A stretch of 64,000 nt of DNA from Felis catus. Taxonomy: Eukaryota. This document shows positions 1-13,110 of the stretch, in pieces. A program made the position numbers and the translations under genes. Every line of letters starts with the position of its first letter. Within the stretch, counting starts at the first letter, position 1. A model generated the notes under the pieces. That model was not told where the DNA came from. It saw nothing but the letters and a program-made list of their open reading frames with translations, and made no database searches. The stretch covers positions 231,138,001-231,202,000 of the forward strand of contig NC_058368.1 in NCBI RefSeq assembly GCF_018350175.1. Reading direction: 5' to 3'.

Positions 1-69
1 CTCACTGACCGCGAGATGGTGACCTGGCTGAAGTCGGACGCTTAACCGACTGCGCCACCCAGGCGCCCC
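1..69 (-). mobile_element. Can-SINE (young felid SINEC_Fc-type), 5' end, cut by window edge
   Basis: gacctggctgaagtcggacgcttaaccgactgcgccacccaggcgcccc. Confidence 0.9.
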
Positions 70-799
70 AAGACATCACATTTTGATATGTCAATGTCTT
101 CATTAAAAATAAGTAACAATAAGCCCCCCCCCCCCCACACACACTCTAAAGAATGCAATTATTTGATTAAGACACAACTAAAACACAGGAGGAGGTCAGG
201 GGACAAGCTCTCCTGTGACATCTACTCTGCCCGGCCCTGTTGATTACCCACTCTTTCAGAATGAAAACGATTGAGGAGGTTGTTTCCATTGTTTTTACCA
301 CCAAATAAAATCATTACCACATAATATGACAAAAGTGGGGAATTTAGTTATTATTTATGCTGTCAATACCTTCAACATTTAGGAACATTACAAGTCAGAT
401 TAACTTTCTTTCAGTTGGTTTGTCCATCAAGACAGAAAACTAAGCTTATTTTAATATGAAATGGGCATAGTAACATTTTAAAGCACAATAATCAAGGAAC
501 ATATTAATTCTCTTAGAAAAAAGATCCAAATATTAAACAGATTTGAAAAGTGTCTTAACTTAAACAGATTTGAGAAGTGTCTAAATAACTGCCTCACACA
601 AAGAGTTAATACAAAGAAATTCTGTAACATACCCATAAAAATCTAACTCAGGCAAGACCATTCCATATGGTAACTTTCTTCACTTGGTTACTTTTCAATA
701 AGGCTAGAAAGAAGAGCAAGGCCCAAACATCTTGCGTATTTTTCTATGGATCAAGTTCTTGTTAATACAGTGTTATTTTTAAATACGTAAAAGGAGCTA

Positions 800-995
800 G
801 TAGCTGTGCTGAGCATTCTCCATATATTATCTCAATCCTCCTAAGAACCCCTAAGCAGCCACTATTTCCATTTTGAAGATTAAGAACCTGGCCCAACCAA
901 GGTCCCGTGAGGGTGGAGGCTGAATTTGAACTCAGGCCTTGACCAATGAACCACAGAGCTCATGCTCTTGACCAATGAAGCACTCTGCCTCCAAC
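800..995 (-). mobile_element. MIR-like SINE fragment
   Basis: atctcaatcctcctaagaaccc...ccattttgaagattaagaac...tttgaactcaggc, MIR core-like. Confidence 0.6.
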
Positions 996-2629
996 TGAAC
1001 TAAAGCAGCTCAACAACTAAGTCTTACAAGCCACACTGCTGGCACCGACACTTCTCTACAACCTCACAAAATGGTTTGGATGTGAAGATAAGTTATTGTT
1101 AAAGACAAATACACATAAATGTTATGTGAAATAAACACATGTGAATGTTAATTTGAAAAAGATATAAAAATCACTACTGGTAATTCTGTAGAAATGTTTA
1201 GTATTTTATACACACACATATATTTACATATATTGCTATCCCAAGGTTTTTTGTAGTTGCTGTGGTTGTTTATAGTTGGGTGGTTTTTAAAAATCTGATG
1301 GCCAGTTTCTATTCCATACTTCACACACTTCTACTTAAGTGTTTCTGAGAGGACGGGGTTAAAATTTTTAGTTTGTACTAAGTTATCATCAGCTGAACTG
1401 AAGCTACAGAAAACTAACCCATAGTGAGATTAGATTAACAGGGGAATATTTAGTTAACAATCTTCAGTGAAATTAAAGTACTTTTACTAAAAAATTTGGA
1501 TACTAAAACTAGGTTTCCTTCCTTTAACTTTTCAGTATTTCTGATAAAGACATGAAAACATGAAAAGAGAACATTAAGACCACAAATGTAAAACTGTCCG
1601 AAGTTCAAAACCCAACTTTTCTCAGCAATGTATTTATTATGTTGCACCCAGCTGTTAATCAGACTTTGTTGAGAGCTGTGATATGAGGAGTAGTGAGCTT
1701 CCTACGAGCATAGTTCTAAAGGTCAAAGTTTATTATTCAGAAGCAGTTAAAAAAAAAAAAAAAACCTTTATTTTTACCATTTTAAGTTAAATCACAATTC
1801 CTACAGATTAGAGAATATTCTCATTATTTTTAAAAACCTCACTCAAAACTAAATTTCCTACTTGTTCCTTGACCTTAGCCCTCATGGAGAAACTCAAGTA
1901 TTCAATACAAATCAGATTTAGAACATTGTAGGAGCAGTGCTATACTTGAGATACTAAGTCAATACACATTTATGTACTTGTAAGAATGAAAAGTATCTTC
2001 CGCTTAATGATTATTTAAGTGGCTAACATAGATCAAGTAAGAATCAGGATTTTCTGGCTTGCTATACACAGTAACTGGGAAGGTGGGGGCAGCAAGCTGT
2101 TCCTGAGACTCTGTCACTGGCTCTGGGCTCGACTCCCATTTACTCCTGACCTTTGCAGAGCATGACAAACTACTATATTCATCCACAGCATCTCACTTGT
2201 CAGATGAAGAAATGCTGTTTAGCTGAAATTTAAAGATTAGTATTTGTGGACACCAGACAATAAAGGGAACCGGTCTGGCTTCATAAAGGTGTCTAGCAAC
2301 AAGACACAGCGGACTGGAAAGATACAGTGAAGGCAAACGTGATCAACGTCAAAAGACTGACTTGAAAAAAATGACCTAAGCCACACAGGTGATTTTTTTA
2401 AAGACTACGTCCAAGAAAACTGAGTGACCATATGTAATTTACTTCTAAAAATGAATCAGAAGTTATACCTCGATTTTGTCCCCCTCTGTTCTAAGACAAA
2501 TGACTCCAAGGAGATGGAGAGTCCTAAAAAGATCAATAGCCCACATTCAATCAAAAATAAGGGGCAAACTATTTCAGGTTTATACTTGATGGAAGATACA
2601 AAGCATCTTTTCACGTCATTAGCTCATAC

Positions 2630-2699
2630 CTGGTAAAGTAAGGCAGATGAGGCTGGCAATCAGTAAGGTTATACACATGAAGACAATCAACAAAAATAT
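2630..2699 (-). CDS. MARCHF6: MARCHF6 exon 20 (70 nt; IFLLIVFMCITLLIASLICLTLP)
   Basis: ttgcag|ATATTT...TACCAG|gtatga. Confidence 0.96.
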
Positions 2700-3022
2700 C
2701 TGCAAGGCAAAACATAAGAGGGCATAAGGGATTCAAGTGTGCTCAACATATTTTAGAACACCCCTCAATGTGTCAGCATAATCCTCCCAGTAAGAAGAAA
2801 TGGCTTTTATTCCCAGGTTTCCTTCCATTTCACATAAAAAGATTTTTATTTTAGGTAAATTTACCTCTAATTTCAGCTAAAACTGTCTATTTACAGACAA
2901 TCAGATACATCAGCAAGTAACAAGGATGTATATTTTGTAATCAGCATAAAGTAAAACACAATCAGCTTACATGTTTCCAAATTAAAACTAAAAACATACA
3001 ATTTCTTTTAAAAGTTTACTTA

Positions 3023-3414
3023 GGGGCTCCTAGGTGGCTCAGTCGGTTAGGTGTCCAACTTTGGCTCAGGTCATGATCTTGCGGTCTGTGGGTTCGAGCC
3101 CTGTGTTGAGCTCTGTGCCGACAGCTCAGAGCCCGGAGTCTGTTTCGGATTCTGTGCCTCCCTCTCTCCGTCCCTCCCCGACTTGTGTGTGCACGCTCAT
3201 TTTTAAAAGTTTACTTATTTTGAGAAAGACACAGAAAAAGAGTGCCCATATGTGCAGGACAACAAGGTCAGAGGGAGACAGGCTCCCCAACAGGCCCCAC
3301 ACAGTCAGTGAGCACACAGCCTGACTCAGGACTCAACCTCCCAAACCGCGAGATTATGACCTGAGCTGAGCTAAAGAGCTGAACACGCAACCGACTGAGC
3401 CACCCAGGTGCCCC
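3023..3414. mobile_element. Tail-to-tail Can-SINE pair (+ 3023-3200, - 3201-3414)
   Basis: SINE heads at both outer ends; 17-bp duplication ttttaaaagtttactta at 3006-3022 and 3201-3217. Confidence 0.9.
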
Positions 3415-4100
3415 AACACTCACTTTGTAATCACATTCTCAAAAAACAAGTTTTCGTGAAAAGGAAAGCTTCCTCTCTAACAGTGCTGCCTAATTAGACC
3501 TCTGTGACCGATGACGGAACCTGCGCTGGCACAAGCAGCCGAGCACACGCAACGTGGGGTCACCGGGCGGTGACGGCCACACTGTCTTTACTCTGCGTGT
3601 GCTGTTACTAGAAATGTACTTTCCCCTCACCGACAAAACCGTGATGTATTTAAAGTGTACAACGTGATTCGCTGTACATACACATTGTAAAGGGATTCCT
3701 ACCAGTGAAGTAATTAACACATCCATCACACCACATCCGCACGAGTTGTGTTTACTTTTAATTAAGTTTAAATGTGAACTGTCACGTGTAGCGGAGGCTC
3801 CTGGACAGACATGTGCGCATGAGAAGCGAGCAGGCTGAGAGGAAAGTGGCTGCCCCCAGGGGCAGAAGAGGAGCATCTGCTGCTGGCCTTCTCCCTCACC
3901 AGGCCCAGAAGGGAGAGCTCTAGAGGGAAGACGGAGAAGCACCCACCATAACACTCCAAGAGGAGCCTGTCGGCCTTCGTTGCCTGAGAAACTCCTACCG
4001 ACCGTCTCTCATCTGAGCCGGAAAGTACCTTTTGCCTAAGAGCCTCATCTCTCACGACTCCCCCATCGCTCACGCTCACCTGCATACACCCCACCCTCTG

Positions 4101-4682
4101 TTTTTTTAAATGCTTATTGACTTATTTTGAGAGAGACAGAGAGAGAGACAGAGAATCCCCAACAGGCTCCATGCCATCAGCGCAGAGCCCGGCATGGGGA
4201 TCGATCTCACAAATCCTGAGATCGTGACCTGAGGTGAAATGAAGGCTCAGACGCTTAACCAACTGAGCTACCCAGGTGGCCCCCCCCCCCACTCCTTTTT
4301 TTTTTAAGGTAGGTTTCACACCCAGTGCAGAGCCCAACACGGGGCCTGGACTCATGACCCTGAGGTCAACACCTGAGCAGAGACCAAGAGTCAGACATTT
4401 AGGGGCGCCTGGGTGGCTCGGTCAGTTGAGCATCCGACTTCAGCTCAGGTCATGATCTCACGGTCTGTTGAGTCTGAGCCCCGCATTGGGCTCTGTGCTG
4501 ACGGCTCAGAGCCTGGAGCCTGCTTTGGATTCTGTGTCTCCCTCTCTCTCCGCCCCTCCCCCACTCTCTCTCTCTCTCTCTCTCTGTCAAAAATAAACAT
4601 TAAAAAATAAACATTAAAACAAAAATTAAAAAAAAAAAAAGAGTCAGACAGACTCAGACAGACTGAGCCACCCAGGCACCCC
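4101..4682. mobile_element. Can-SINE cluster: - copy 4101-4290; older - copy 4296-4682 interrupted by + copy 4402-4640
   Basis: SINE consensus blocks; duplication aagagtcagaca flanks the inner copy. Confidence 0.88.
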
Positions 4683-5457
4683 CTGACCACTCCACCCTCT
4701 AGATCCACTTAATTCCCTGCAGTTCCAAACTTACCATGTCTAACCTGCCTCGTGTTTTGGCATGTGCCTGGCATGCCCTTCCACTTCCGATTTTATTCTC
4801 TGGCTGGCCTAACTTTAGAGACTTAAAAGCATCACCTCCTCCCTGAAGATTCCTGAATGCTTTCTGAAAAAGCGTTTTGTGGAGTAAGGACTGACCAAAA
4901 GTGCAACACGTTACTTATCCAGCCAGTGAGGTGAGGACCAAGACCTGACCATCGGATTTAACGAAACAAAAGCCACTGCGACCCTTGTCAGGAACAGTTC
5001 TGGTGGGGCCTGGGGGAAAGTTTTGCTGGGACAAGACACTTCCTTAACCAATCTGCTCTTTAGTTTCAACAGATGTAAAGATGAGATTACTACTCAATCT
5101 TGCCATAGTAGGAAGAATATTAAATAGGGAAAACATTAAAATGCCCATTTCAGCTCTGACACATAATTGAAATGTATCAATAATGTTAATTTCTTATTTT
5201 CACCAGGGTCTTTAACACTGCTCCTTTCAAACAGCAGAGGGAGCAGCAGCATAGGGAGTCCCAACACTGTGAGCCACTTATGAGATCTGATCAACTTACC
5301 TTAGGTTTACACATATCATGTTGCTAACGAGAGAGCTGGGGGCTCTTTTCAGGAGACTGCGAGATAGTTCTATACAGAGGACTACCTGCTCCTAGCACCA
5401 GCCACAGCAGCAAATTTCTCAATAGAAATTGGGAAAACACTTGACTTCTGGTGAAGT

Positions 5458-5684
5458 CTTTTTTAAATTTTTTTTATGTTTTTTTTATTTTTGAGAGACA
5501 GAGAGAGACAGACTGTGAGTGAGGGAGAGGCAGAGAGACAAAGAGGGAGACACAGAATCCAAAGCAGGATCCAGGCACTGAGCTGTCGGCACAGAGCCCG
5601 ACATGGGGCTCAAACTCATGAGCTGCGAGATCACGACCTGAGCCAAAGTCAGATGCTTAACCAACTGAACCACCCAGGCGCCCC
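5458..5684 (-). mobile_element. Can-SINE, 24 nt from the exon 19 donor
   Basis: tttatttttgagagacagagagagac...cacccaggcgcccc. Confidence 0.92.
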
Positions 5685-5708
5685 ATGTCTAAGTCTTCTA
5701 GTACCTAC

Positions 5709-5913
5709 CCTGAGTGGAAAATTTAAAGGCCGGCGATAAGGCTGAAAGCCAACAGGCCCCCCCTGCTGCAGTATGGCTTGGTGGGCTGCATGCAGGCCTT
5801 CCCCCACCACGGGAATAGCATTGTTGTTTCGAGCGTGCTGATTATTGTTAACTTGTTGGTTTGCACTGTTCTCGTTTTCTTCCTGGTCTCCCAATAAATA
5901 GGAATGCAGATCC
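5709..5913 (-). CDS. MARCHF6: MARCHF6 exon 19 (205 nt; LDLHSYLLGDQEENENS...RRPLNFPLR)
   Basis: acacag|GGATCTG...CTCAGG|gtaggt; overlaps ORF 5649..5894. Confidence 0.97.
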
Positions 5914-6513
5914 CTGTGTAAAAATTACATCAATAAAAATTCTCTCTTCAGATCAGAATAAAACAGCAGACAGGAGACGTACTTTCTTATTATTCCTTAA
6001 GGTAGAAAACGTACAAGCAGAATCCATACACAGCACTATTAATCCCCTCATTCTGGCCTAAACGCTGGTTCCTGCTTTAAATTAAACTTTTCCAAATTTA
6101 CTATTCATGTCCAAAACACCCTGAAAATTCAGTCCAGCGCCTGTGCCTATTGTGGCAGGGAACTCAACGCGCATCCGTGGCGGCAAAAATGAGATGGCGG
6201 AGGCTGCAGGGGACACCTGCTCAATCCGATACAAGCCAGTGCGTACTTCGCAATAAGGAATCAGCAGAATGCCACACATTCTCTGGAAAAACATTTAAAT
6301 CACAAAGATTCAACTTCAAGAGGGTAAAAACGTGCGTACGTTCTCTATAAAAGGATGTACAGTAATGAGAAAAATAAGCAAGACGAAGAATTGAACAAAG
6401 TAAGTATCCTATGTACCTGCAGATATCACCAAATGGTCTCTTCTTCAAACTCCGATCTCCTGAGTGGGGCACGGAACGTACTTTGTCAGAAAGGTCATCA
6501 AGTGCCTACTTAC

Positions 6514-6651
6514 AGCAAGTACCCAGCAGTTACAGTCCACGCTCGCACGAGCCCCTTCAGCCACTGCCGCGTGTGTCCCTGTTCAAGTAACGCCGGCAAG
6601 ACCACCTGAAGCAGGAGCAGCTCAAGGGACAGTTCACTCACTGGAGCATCA
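6514..6651 (-). CDS. MARCHF6: MARCHF6 exon 18 (138 nt; SDAPVSELSLELLLLQVVLPALLEQGHTRQWLKGLVRAWTVTAGYL)
   Basis: tcctag|TGATGCT...TTGCT|gtaagt. Confidence 0.97.
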
Positions 6652-6779
6652 CTAGGACAATGACAAACAGCTATGATTTACAGCGTGACTCTATTTTCCA
6701 TCATAACTGTATCATACTAAACATCTGATGGGACGACAGCAAAACTCCTTGACGCTGTCTCTATCACCTCTCCCCCATT

Positions 6780-8040
6780 CTCCCTTGAATCCTCCAAAAA
6801 CAGTCCCGACAAGGGTCGCCAGTGACCTCTGTGTTGTTAAATGTGATGGTCAGGTCTGGGTCCCACCTCACTGGCTGTATAGCGTATTACACAACTGGTT
6901 ACTCCTTGGTCCTCAAAACGCTTTCTCACTGGACGCCCTTCTAGATCTGTTAGCTCAGGGAGCCGAAGACAACGGAGGGCCCCAGGCTCTGTCCTCTCTC
7001 ATGTGTGCATGCTCTCTGGATGAATGCACACTCGTGTGGCTTAAATTTCTACATACCACTCAGACGTCTTCCCTAACTCCTAACTTTGTATCCAAAGTGC
7101 AACCTCAACGTCTCCTACAGCCATGAGACGTCTTCAGTTGACCATGACCAAATTCCCACTCTTCCCTTCTAATCCTGCTCCTCCACAGCCTTCCTCATCC
7201 CAGTAAATGGCAACTCCATCCTTCCAGGTGCTCAGGTCAATGACTGCCTTTATTTCACTCCAACTCAAACAGCCGGAGTCCTGCTGACTGGATCCTAGCA
7301 ATGCCCTAAATCTCACCACCTCTCATTACCTCCACTGCTACTTCCTTCACCTCAGCACCAAGGTCCCTGCGCCATCCTCCCAGCCGGCTTCCCGCTTCTA
7401 TCCTGGCCACCTGACCCAGTCTCTTCTCATCACAGCAGCCACGGTGACGCTTCTTAACTAACCTGTATCAGATCACTCTTCTGGTCAAACCTTTCAAGAA
7501 CTCCCCAAATCGCTCAAGTTGAATCCAAAATGCTTCCAGTGGCTTACGAGACTCTAGGATCTGGTTTTGCATGACTTCTCTGACCTCACAGCCAACCACC
7601 ATGCTTTCCTTCTTCCACCCCAGCCAGACTGGCCTCCCTGCTGCTCCTCAAACGGACCCCAATGTCACCGCACTTGCCCACCCCCTGCAAGGACACTCTA
7701 CCTTCAGGAACCCATATGGCTCATCCCTCAGCAGCTCCAACAGGGCTTTCCTGAGCTGTCACCTCTTCAGGTCCTCATCAGTCACTTCTAAATTAAACCC
7801 CATCTTGGCCAATCTCTCTATCCCCTTTCTCTGCTTCATCTTCCAAGCCCCTAGTACTGATGACCCCAGATATACTACATATTCTATTTTGAGGGGTGTC
7901 TCCCCCTCACTGAAATGTAAGCTCCACAAGAGCAGAGAATTGTCTTGATTCTGTTTGGTTCACTGTTATGTACCTAGTGCACAGAAAAGGACCGGACATA
8001 TAATTGGCCCTTGTTTTGTTTTGTTTTTAATGGAAGAATG
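6780..8040 (+). mobile_element. LINE-2 (L2) 3' region
   Basis: Pyrimidine-rich L2 body ending in aatgtaagctccacaagagcagag...gtacctagtgcacag... Confidence 0.75.
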
Positions 8041-9097
8041 GACTAAATACTGCTATACAAGGCCCAAAATTGCTAAACTTCTGAGTGTAACTGACTACCA
8101 AAATGGGTCTATCCTAACAATATATATAGCCAAAGCCTAAGCTTCCTGGTTCTCACTATAACCAGACCCAAATTCACAAGGAGGGAATGAGGATTTACTC
8201 TAGTTAGGGAAAAATTCAGAGAATCAAATCTTAATTTGGATTTTGAGTAAGGAAAACAAAAAGGGTTCCAGCTAAACATGAGGAGGTAGGTCATTCTAAA
8301 CAGAAAGGAAGACAAGGAATAGCTAGGTGTTTTAGGGAGACTGAGCGGAGGGGAGCATGGTTGGAGAGCAGAATTCGAGTCAGACAATGCAGGGACAGGA
8401 TGCTGGAAAGTCAACATGAGACTATGCCAAGCCTTGCACATGACCCGGATATTATGATGTAGATTATGGAGGAAGAGGCAGGGTGTTAAGTAAGGATGGG
8501 CTATAAATGGAGAACAAGAGGAAAGCCGAAACTAAGGAAGTGGTAAATCAAGTTGGATTAGATAAGAGACCTTTAAAAATAAGACTTAACGATATTTAAA
8601 GACTAATTAGAAGTCTGAGGAAGAAATCCAATTTCCCAGCAGCCTTCTGTTTAGGTAACTGAAAGGATGATGCAAGTCAATGAAAAAAGGAATGGGGGAG
8701 TGGCAGAGACTAAGTTTCCAGGTGACTTAGGCTTTTAAATGAAAAAGATTTTCCATCCATAAGCCTTATTTCTTAATTTTAATCTACAATTAAACATATA
8801 AGTATGGCTACACATTCCTTATGATGTGCTTTTCATACAAAAATGATGGTGGCTAACATGGTGTCATTAAGTATGGTAAACATTTCAATGCTGAACAAAA
8901 GCACACTTGATTTGCATAAAAATAAGTCTTTCTTTGGAAAATGCAACTGCTAAACTAATGTTTATACAATCTAAAATGGCAAAACTCAAGTATCAAATGA
9001 TTTCCAGTATCTGTTAAGAAATGAATGTTTTAAATGTATACACTCTAGGTTATCAACAAAGCTAAACTAGTAAAGCTTCTAAATTTCAAAAACTCAC

Positions 9098-9198
9098 CTA
9101 TAGAGCATGACATTATATGGAAGAAAATTAGGCAGCAGACTCTTAATTATACGTATAGGAAGCCAAAGCATCAGGAGAACAATGGAGCCAAAGACAAT
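9098..9198 (-). CDS. MARCHF6: MARCHF6 exon 17 (101 nt; IVFGSIVLLMLWLPIRIIKSLLPNFLPYNVMLY)
   Basis: ctgcag|ATTGTC...CTATAG|gtgagt. Confidence 0.97.
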
Positions 9199-9990
9199 CT
9201 GCAGTTAAGAAAAAAGGCAGAACACCACTGTTAACCATTCTTGTGAGAGACAAACAGACTTCTGAACATACCCAGCCAGGATGCAATCCAAGTGTCTATA
9301 CCCACCCACGGCCCAGAGTGTTCTCACTCCACAGACTATATACTTGGGTCACTTTGTGGAAAGAATGCATTCCTGGGAAGGGTGCTCCTCTCTCTCTCTC
9401 TCTCTCTCTAGGACACAAAGGCTCAAGGAGGAGCCACAAAGGATAATCACTGCACGGTATGTGAAGAGAGGGTCAGAAACTTACAATGAACAATCAGAAT
9501 CATCTGCAACTTGATAAACCACATGTAAGACGTGACCCATATTAATGGCTACAAAAGTTTCCGGAAGGCACCATGTTGCTTTGTAAATTTTATTTTAAAA
9601 AAACTTAGCTTTAACTAGGTAATTTCTTCTTCCAGGTGGGACAGAAACTTCAAGATACTTCTGTTTAGAGTTTTTTGAATTTAAAAACTATTAATGAATC
9701 TCCACTGCTCCAATGCAAATGAAGTGTAATTCAAAAGCCATAATTTGGCAACCAATTATACTACTAAAGAACTAGGGAATGTTGTTTTAGTAAACATTTT
9801 AATTACTTTATCAAAACAACCAATAGAACAGCTATTTGACAGCTAACTTCCACCAACTTAGATAAACATAAATAACTCAACGTATCTACTCTACCAGCCT
9901 CTGACTGCACCCCCTGCCGCCAAAAAACCCCCACAAAACAATACAAAAAAAATACACTTTACTCAAAAAACAATAAAAAGGTATGCTTAC

Positions 9991-10110
9991 CACTGACAAA
10001 ATAAATCTTCGGAGATGCCTATAAATGGGCAAATGGATCATTTCTTGTACTGGATTAAAATCTGGATCATTCAAATTCCTTAGAAACCATAAGACACCAG
10101 GTCGAAGTAC
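9991..10110 (-). CDS. MARCHF6: MARCHF6 exon 16 (120 nt; VLRPGVLWFLRNLNDPDFNPVQEMIHLP...FILSV)
   Basis: ttgcag|GTACTTC...TCAGTG|gtaagc; overlaps ORF 9886..10116. Confidence 0.97.
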
Positions 10111-10415
10111 CTGCAAATATATTTTAAATGCTATGAATACTCACCAATGTCTTCAGACTCTGTAGATGAGCTAAAATATCAACAGAAAAGTAAGCTTTTA
10201 AAACTTAATAAAATGGGTCCCAGAAAATTCACATGGCTTTCCTATGAAAAGAAGTTCCTAAATCAGAATCTATATGAAATAAACTATTTTGCTGGATGTC
10301 CATTTAATCATTCAATGAAAAAATATGTAGAATTTGCCAAGAAACCTAAATCTCCAAAATAAAAAATAAGTTGTTTTTTGTTGTTGTTGTTGTTGTTTTC
10401 AAACACTGTCACTAT

Positions 10416-10640
10416 AGGAGCACCTGGGTGGCTCAGTCAGTTGAGAATCCAACTTCAGCTCAGGTCATGATCTCACAGTTCGTGAGTTCGAGCCCTGCAC
10501 CGGGCTCTCTGCTGTCGGCGTGCAGCCCACTTGGGATCCTCTGTCCCCTCCCTCTCTGCACCTCCCCTGCTCGCTCGCTCACTCTCTCGCTCTCAAAAAT
10601 AAATTAAAAACATTAAAATAAATAAAATGAAAATAGAAAA
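10416..10640 (+). mobile_element. Can-SINE
   Basis: ggagcacctgggtggctcagtcagtt...(ct)n, A-rich tail. Confidence 0.92.
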
Positions 10641-11279
10641 ATAAAGAACTGTCACTGTATTGTGTCATCCAGTGAAAGAATTATGTTGCAATTTATAAAT
10701 GTTTTAATACAAGATCTGATTTCAGCCTCACACTCCCGAGAGGAGCTAGAAACTCTCAGCATTTTCATTTTACTGTCTACATCCTTTTTCCGTTTCTCAG
10801 TGGAAATCATCAACCCAAGAGGCTGTGGGTGGTGGGGCAATGGGCGAGGCTAGGTAGTGGTCTCAGGTGGTCCAAATGCACGGAGTTGCCATGTGTAAAG
10901 CATTTCAACTGCCCAAACTCTATTTCTCCAACCTCCAAATGAGGGGGTATCTGACCTCTAAGGTTTCATCTGACACCCCAATTCTAGGATTGTGCACCAC
11001 AAAAACCACCCCACTGAGAAGATGAAAAATTTCAATGTGAAACAGTTTATCACTTAACAGTGTAATTAAGAGGTTCTATATACAGTTTTGAATAGATTAA
11101 GTTAGTGTCAATCACTTGCTTCAAAGAAAGAATACAAGTTTTATTTGCAAGTAGAATTTACTGAACTTACACTATATGATTCAGGAGATTTTAACCTCAG
11201 CCCCCCTCCTTAATGCCTCAATTTCCCAAAACACAATGTACGCCAGGATAGCATTAAGCCATTCACACTGGATCAGTCG

Positions 11280-11470
11280 GCCTCCTCCGGCGGCCCTGTG
11301 CATCTCCATCACCACTCTCACTGCTGTAAGCGGACTTGTCAGATGCCTCTCTTCCTTCCCAGGATATAAAATCGGAAAGAGCGGGAATCGTGTCTCTGTT
11401 TCTCACTATTACCTCAGCAGTCAGCACCGTGTCTGGCGCAGAGGGACTATGCGGTAATATGTGAGGGACT
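11280..11470 (+). mobile_element. L2 3'-end fragment
   Basis: gagcgggaatcgtgtctctgttt...cagcaccgtgtctggcgcagag resembles the L2 terminus. Confidence 0.5.
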
Positions 11471-12076
11471 AATGCACAGCAGCAAGTACGCTTGTCAAAA
11501 TTACTCACTTTTATACTGCCCACCGCACCAGAATGATTGCACATGACGTATACTAATCAAATACTGACCCTACTTTCACCCTCTTCAAATCGGGAAAGAC
11601 CGTATTCTAAAAACAGGACTAGTGAAGGTACTCATCCGCAAGTGAACTGCAGTCATAAACGACCCTCACTGTGATTCCATATTTAAGGTACTTGATTACA
11701 AACTTTACACTGTGATCCTGCAAAACCTCTGGGTATTTCCAGCACTATATTTTCTTGAACGAAGTCCAAGTCAGACTCACATCACATAAAATTTCAAGGA
11801 TTTGTAGGAGAGGATGGCTACAAAAGACACCAAGTAAAACAAGTAGTTTTATCCTCGATCTACTCATCTTTCAAACTCGTTAACTATACGCAGAAATATT
11901 AAAATTTATCAATTTTTGAGACAAATGACTGAAAACAGTTTAAAGACATAAAGCTAAATTCCTCTATCAGCTATTCCTTCTTACACTAAAATCCTTGAGA
12001 AAATTAGTCAGGACACGTGGTTAAAACAAAGTCCTTTCCTTAAAGGGACAGTGCTGGCGTCTCCCTGAGAACTTAC

Positions 12077-12211
12077 CTCTCTTAGCAACAGAATGAAGGA
12101 GGCAAAGTAGAACACGTACACCATCCCCACCAGCCAGTGCAGAAACATGGTAGTACCTGGCGCTGACTGAAAGCTCAGTTCTCGATCTTTCAAGGTAGCG
12201 TCAAACATTTC
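12077..12211 (-). CDS. MARCHF6: MARCHF6 exon 15 (135 nt; EMFDATLKDRELSF...FILLLRE)
   Basis: atttag|GAAATG...AGAGAG|gtaagt; overlaps ORF 12008..12208. Confidence 0.97.
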
Positions 12212-12480
12212 CTAAATCAAAGCAGAACAAGTGAGAGATCTGTACCACTCACATTTGCCAAATTAACATCTCCATCTTCCAGGAAGTGAATATATCACTA
12301 CGTGTATGGGTTATGACGTTCTAGGACTACAGCTCTTTAAATGTCATTTCATGGTATGACAGAAATATAACTGATATAAGACAGGATACTATTTCAAAGA
12401 TAGATAATGACCCTTGAAAGTTTTAAATATTAGAAGGAAGACTGATAAACCAATGGGCGAATAAGAATTTCACTAATGCG

Positions 12481-12706
12481 GGGGCGCCTGGGTGGCTCAG
12501 TCAGTCAGCTGAGCATCCGACTCTTGGTTTCAGCTCAGGTCATGATCTTGTGGTTTTATAGGTTCAAACCCTGTGTCGGGCTCTGCACTGACAGTGTGGA
12601 GGCTGCTTGGGATTCCTGCTCTCCCTCTCTCTCTCTCTCTGTCCCTCCCCCACTCATACTGTCTCTGTCTCTGTCAAAAACAAAACAAAACAAAAAAACA
12701 AAAAAA
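12481..12706 (+). mobile_element. Can-SINE
   Basis: ggggcgcctgggtggctcag...; flanking duplication actaatgc. Confidence 0.92.
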
Positions 12707-12886
12707 CTTTACTAATGCTGCTACTGTGAAAGACACATTTTTGGTTAACGATACCTTCTTTCCTTGGTCACAGGTCTGCATTCATGACAAGTTTTAATAG
12801 TAAGGTATGGGTGCTTTTCTACACACAAAATATTTTTGAAAAGTCAAAACGTGATTATCACTGGCAGCCTTAAAAATTATAATCAA

Positions 12887-13110
12887 GGAGCACCTGGGTG
12901 GCTCAGTCAGTTAAGCCTCCGACTTCAGCTCAGATCATGATCTCACAGTTCATGAGTTCGAGCTCCGCATCAGGCTCTGTGCTGACAGCTCAGAGCCTGG
13001 AGTCTGCTTTGGATTCTGTGTCTCCCTCTCTCTCTGCCCCTCCCCTGCTCGCATGTACGCGCGCTCTCTCTCTCTCAAAAGTAAATAAACATTAAAAACA
13101 ATTTTTTTTA
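12887..13110 (+). mobile_element. Can-SINE
   Basis: SINE consensus; TSD aattataatcaag. Confidence 0.92.

Noticed and set aside
1..2629. MARCHF6 exon 21 (VFAGRWLMSFWTG…)
   Set aside because: Not found in any minus-strand frame I read here; it must lie left of the window.
6160..6260. CpG-containing stretch with a GAGATGGCGG (YY1/Kozak-like) motif in intron 18
   Set aside because: The ORF closes after about 20 codons with no recognisable homology; a single short motif is not enough support.
10722..10812. Possible box C/D snoRNA on the minus strand (TGATGA … CTGA, 91 nt) in intron 15
   Set aside because: Box C lacks the leading purine, the terminal stem is weak, there is no clear C' box, and I recognise no rRNA/snRNA-complementary guide; snoscan or cmsearch would be needed.
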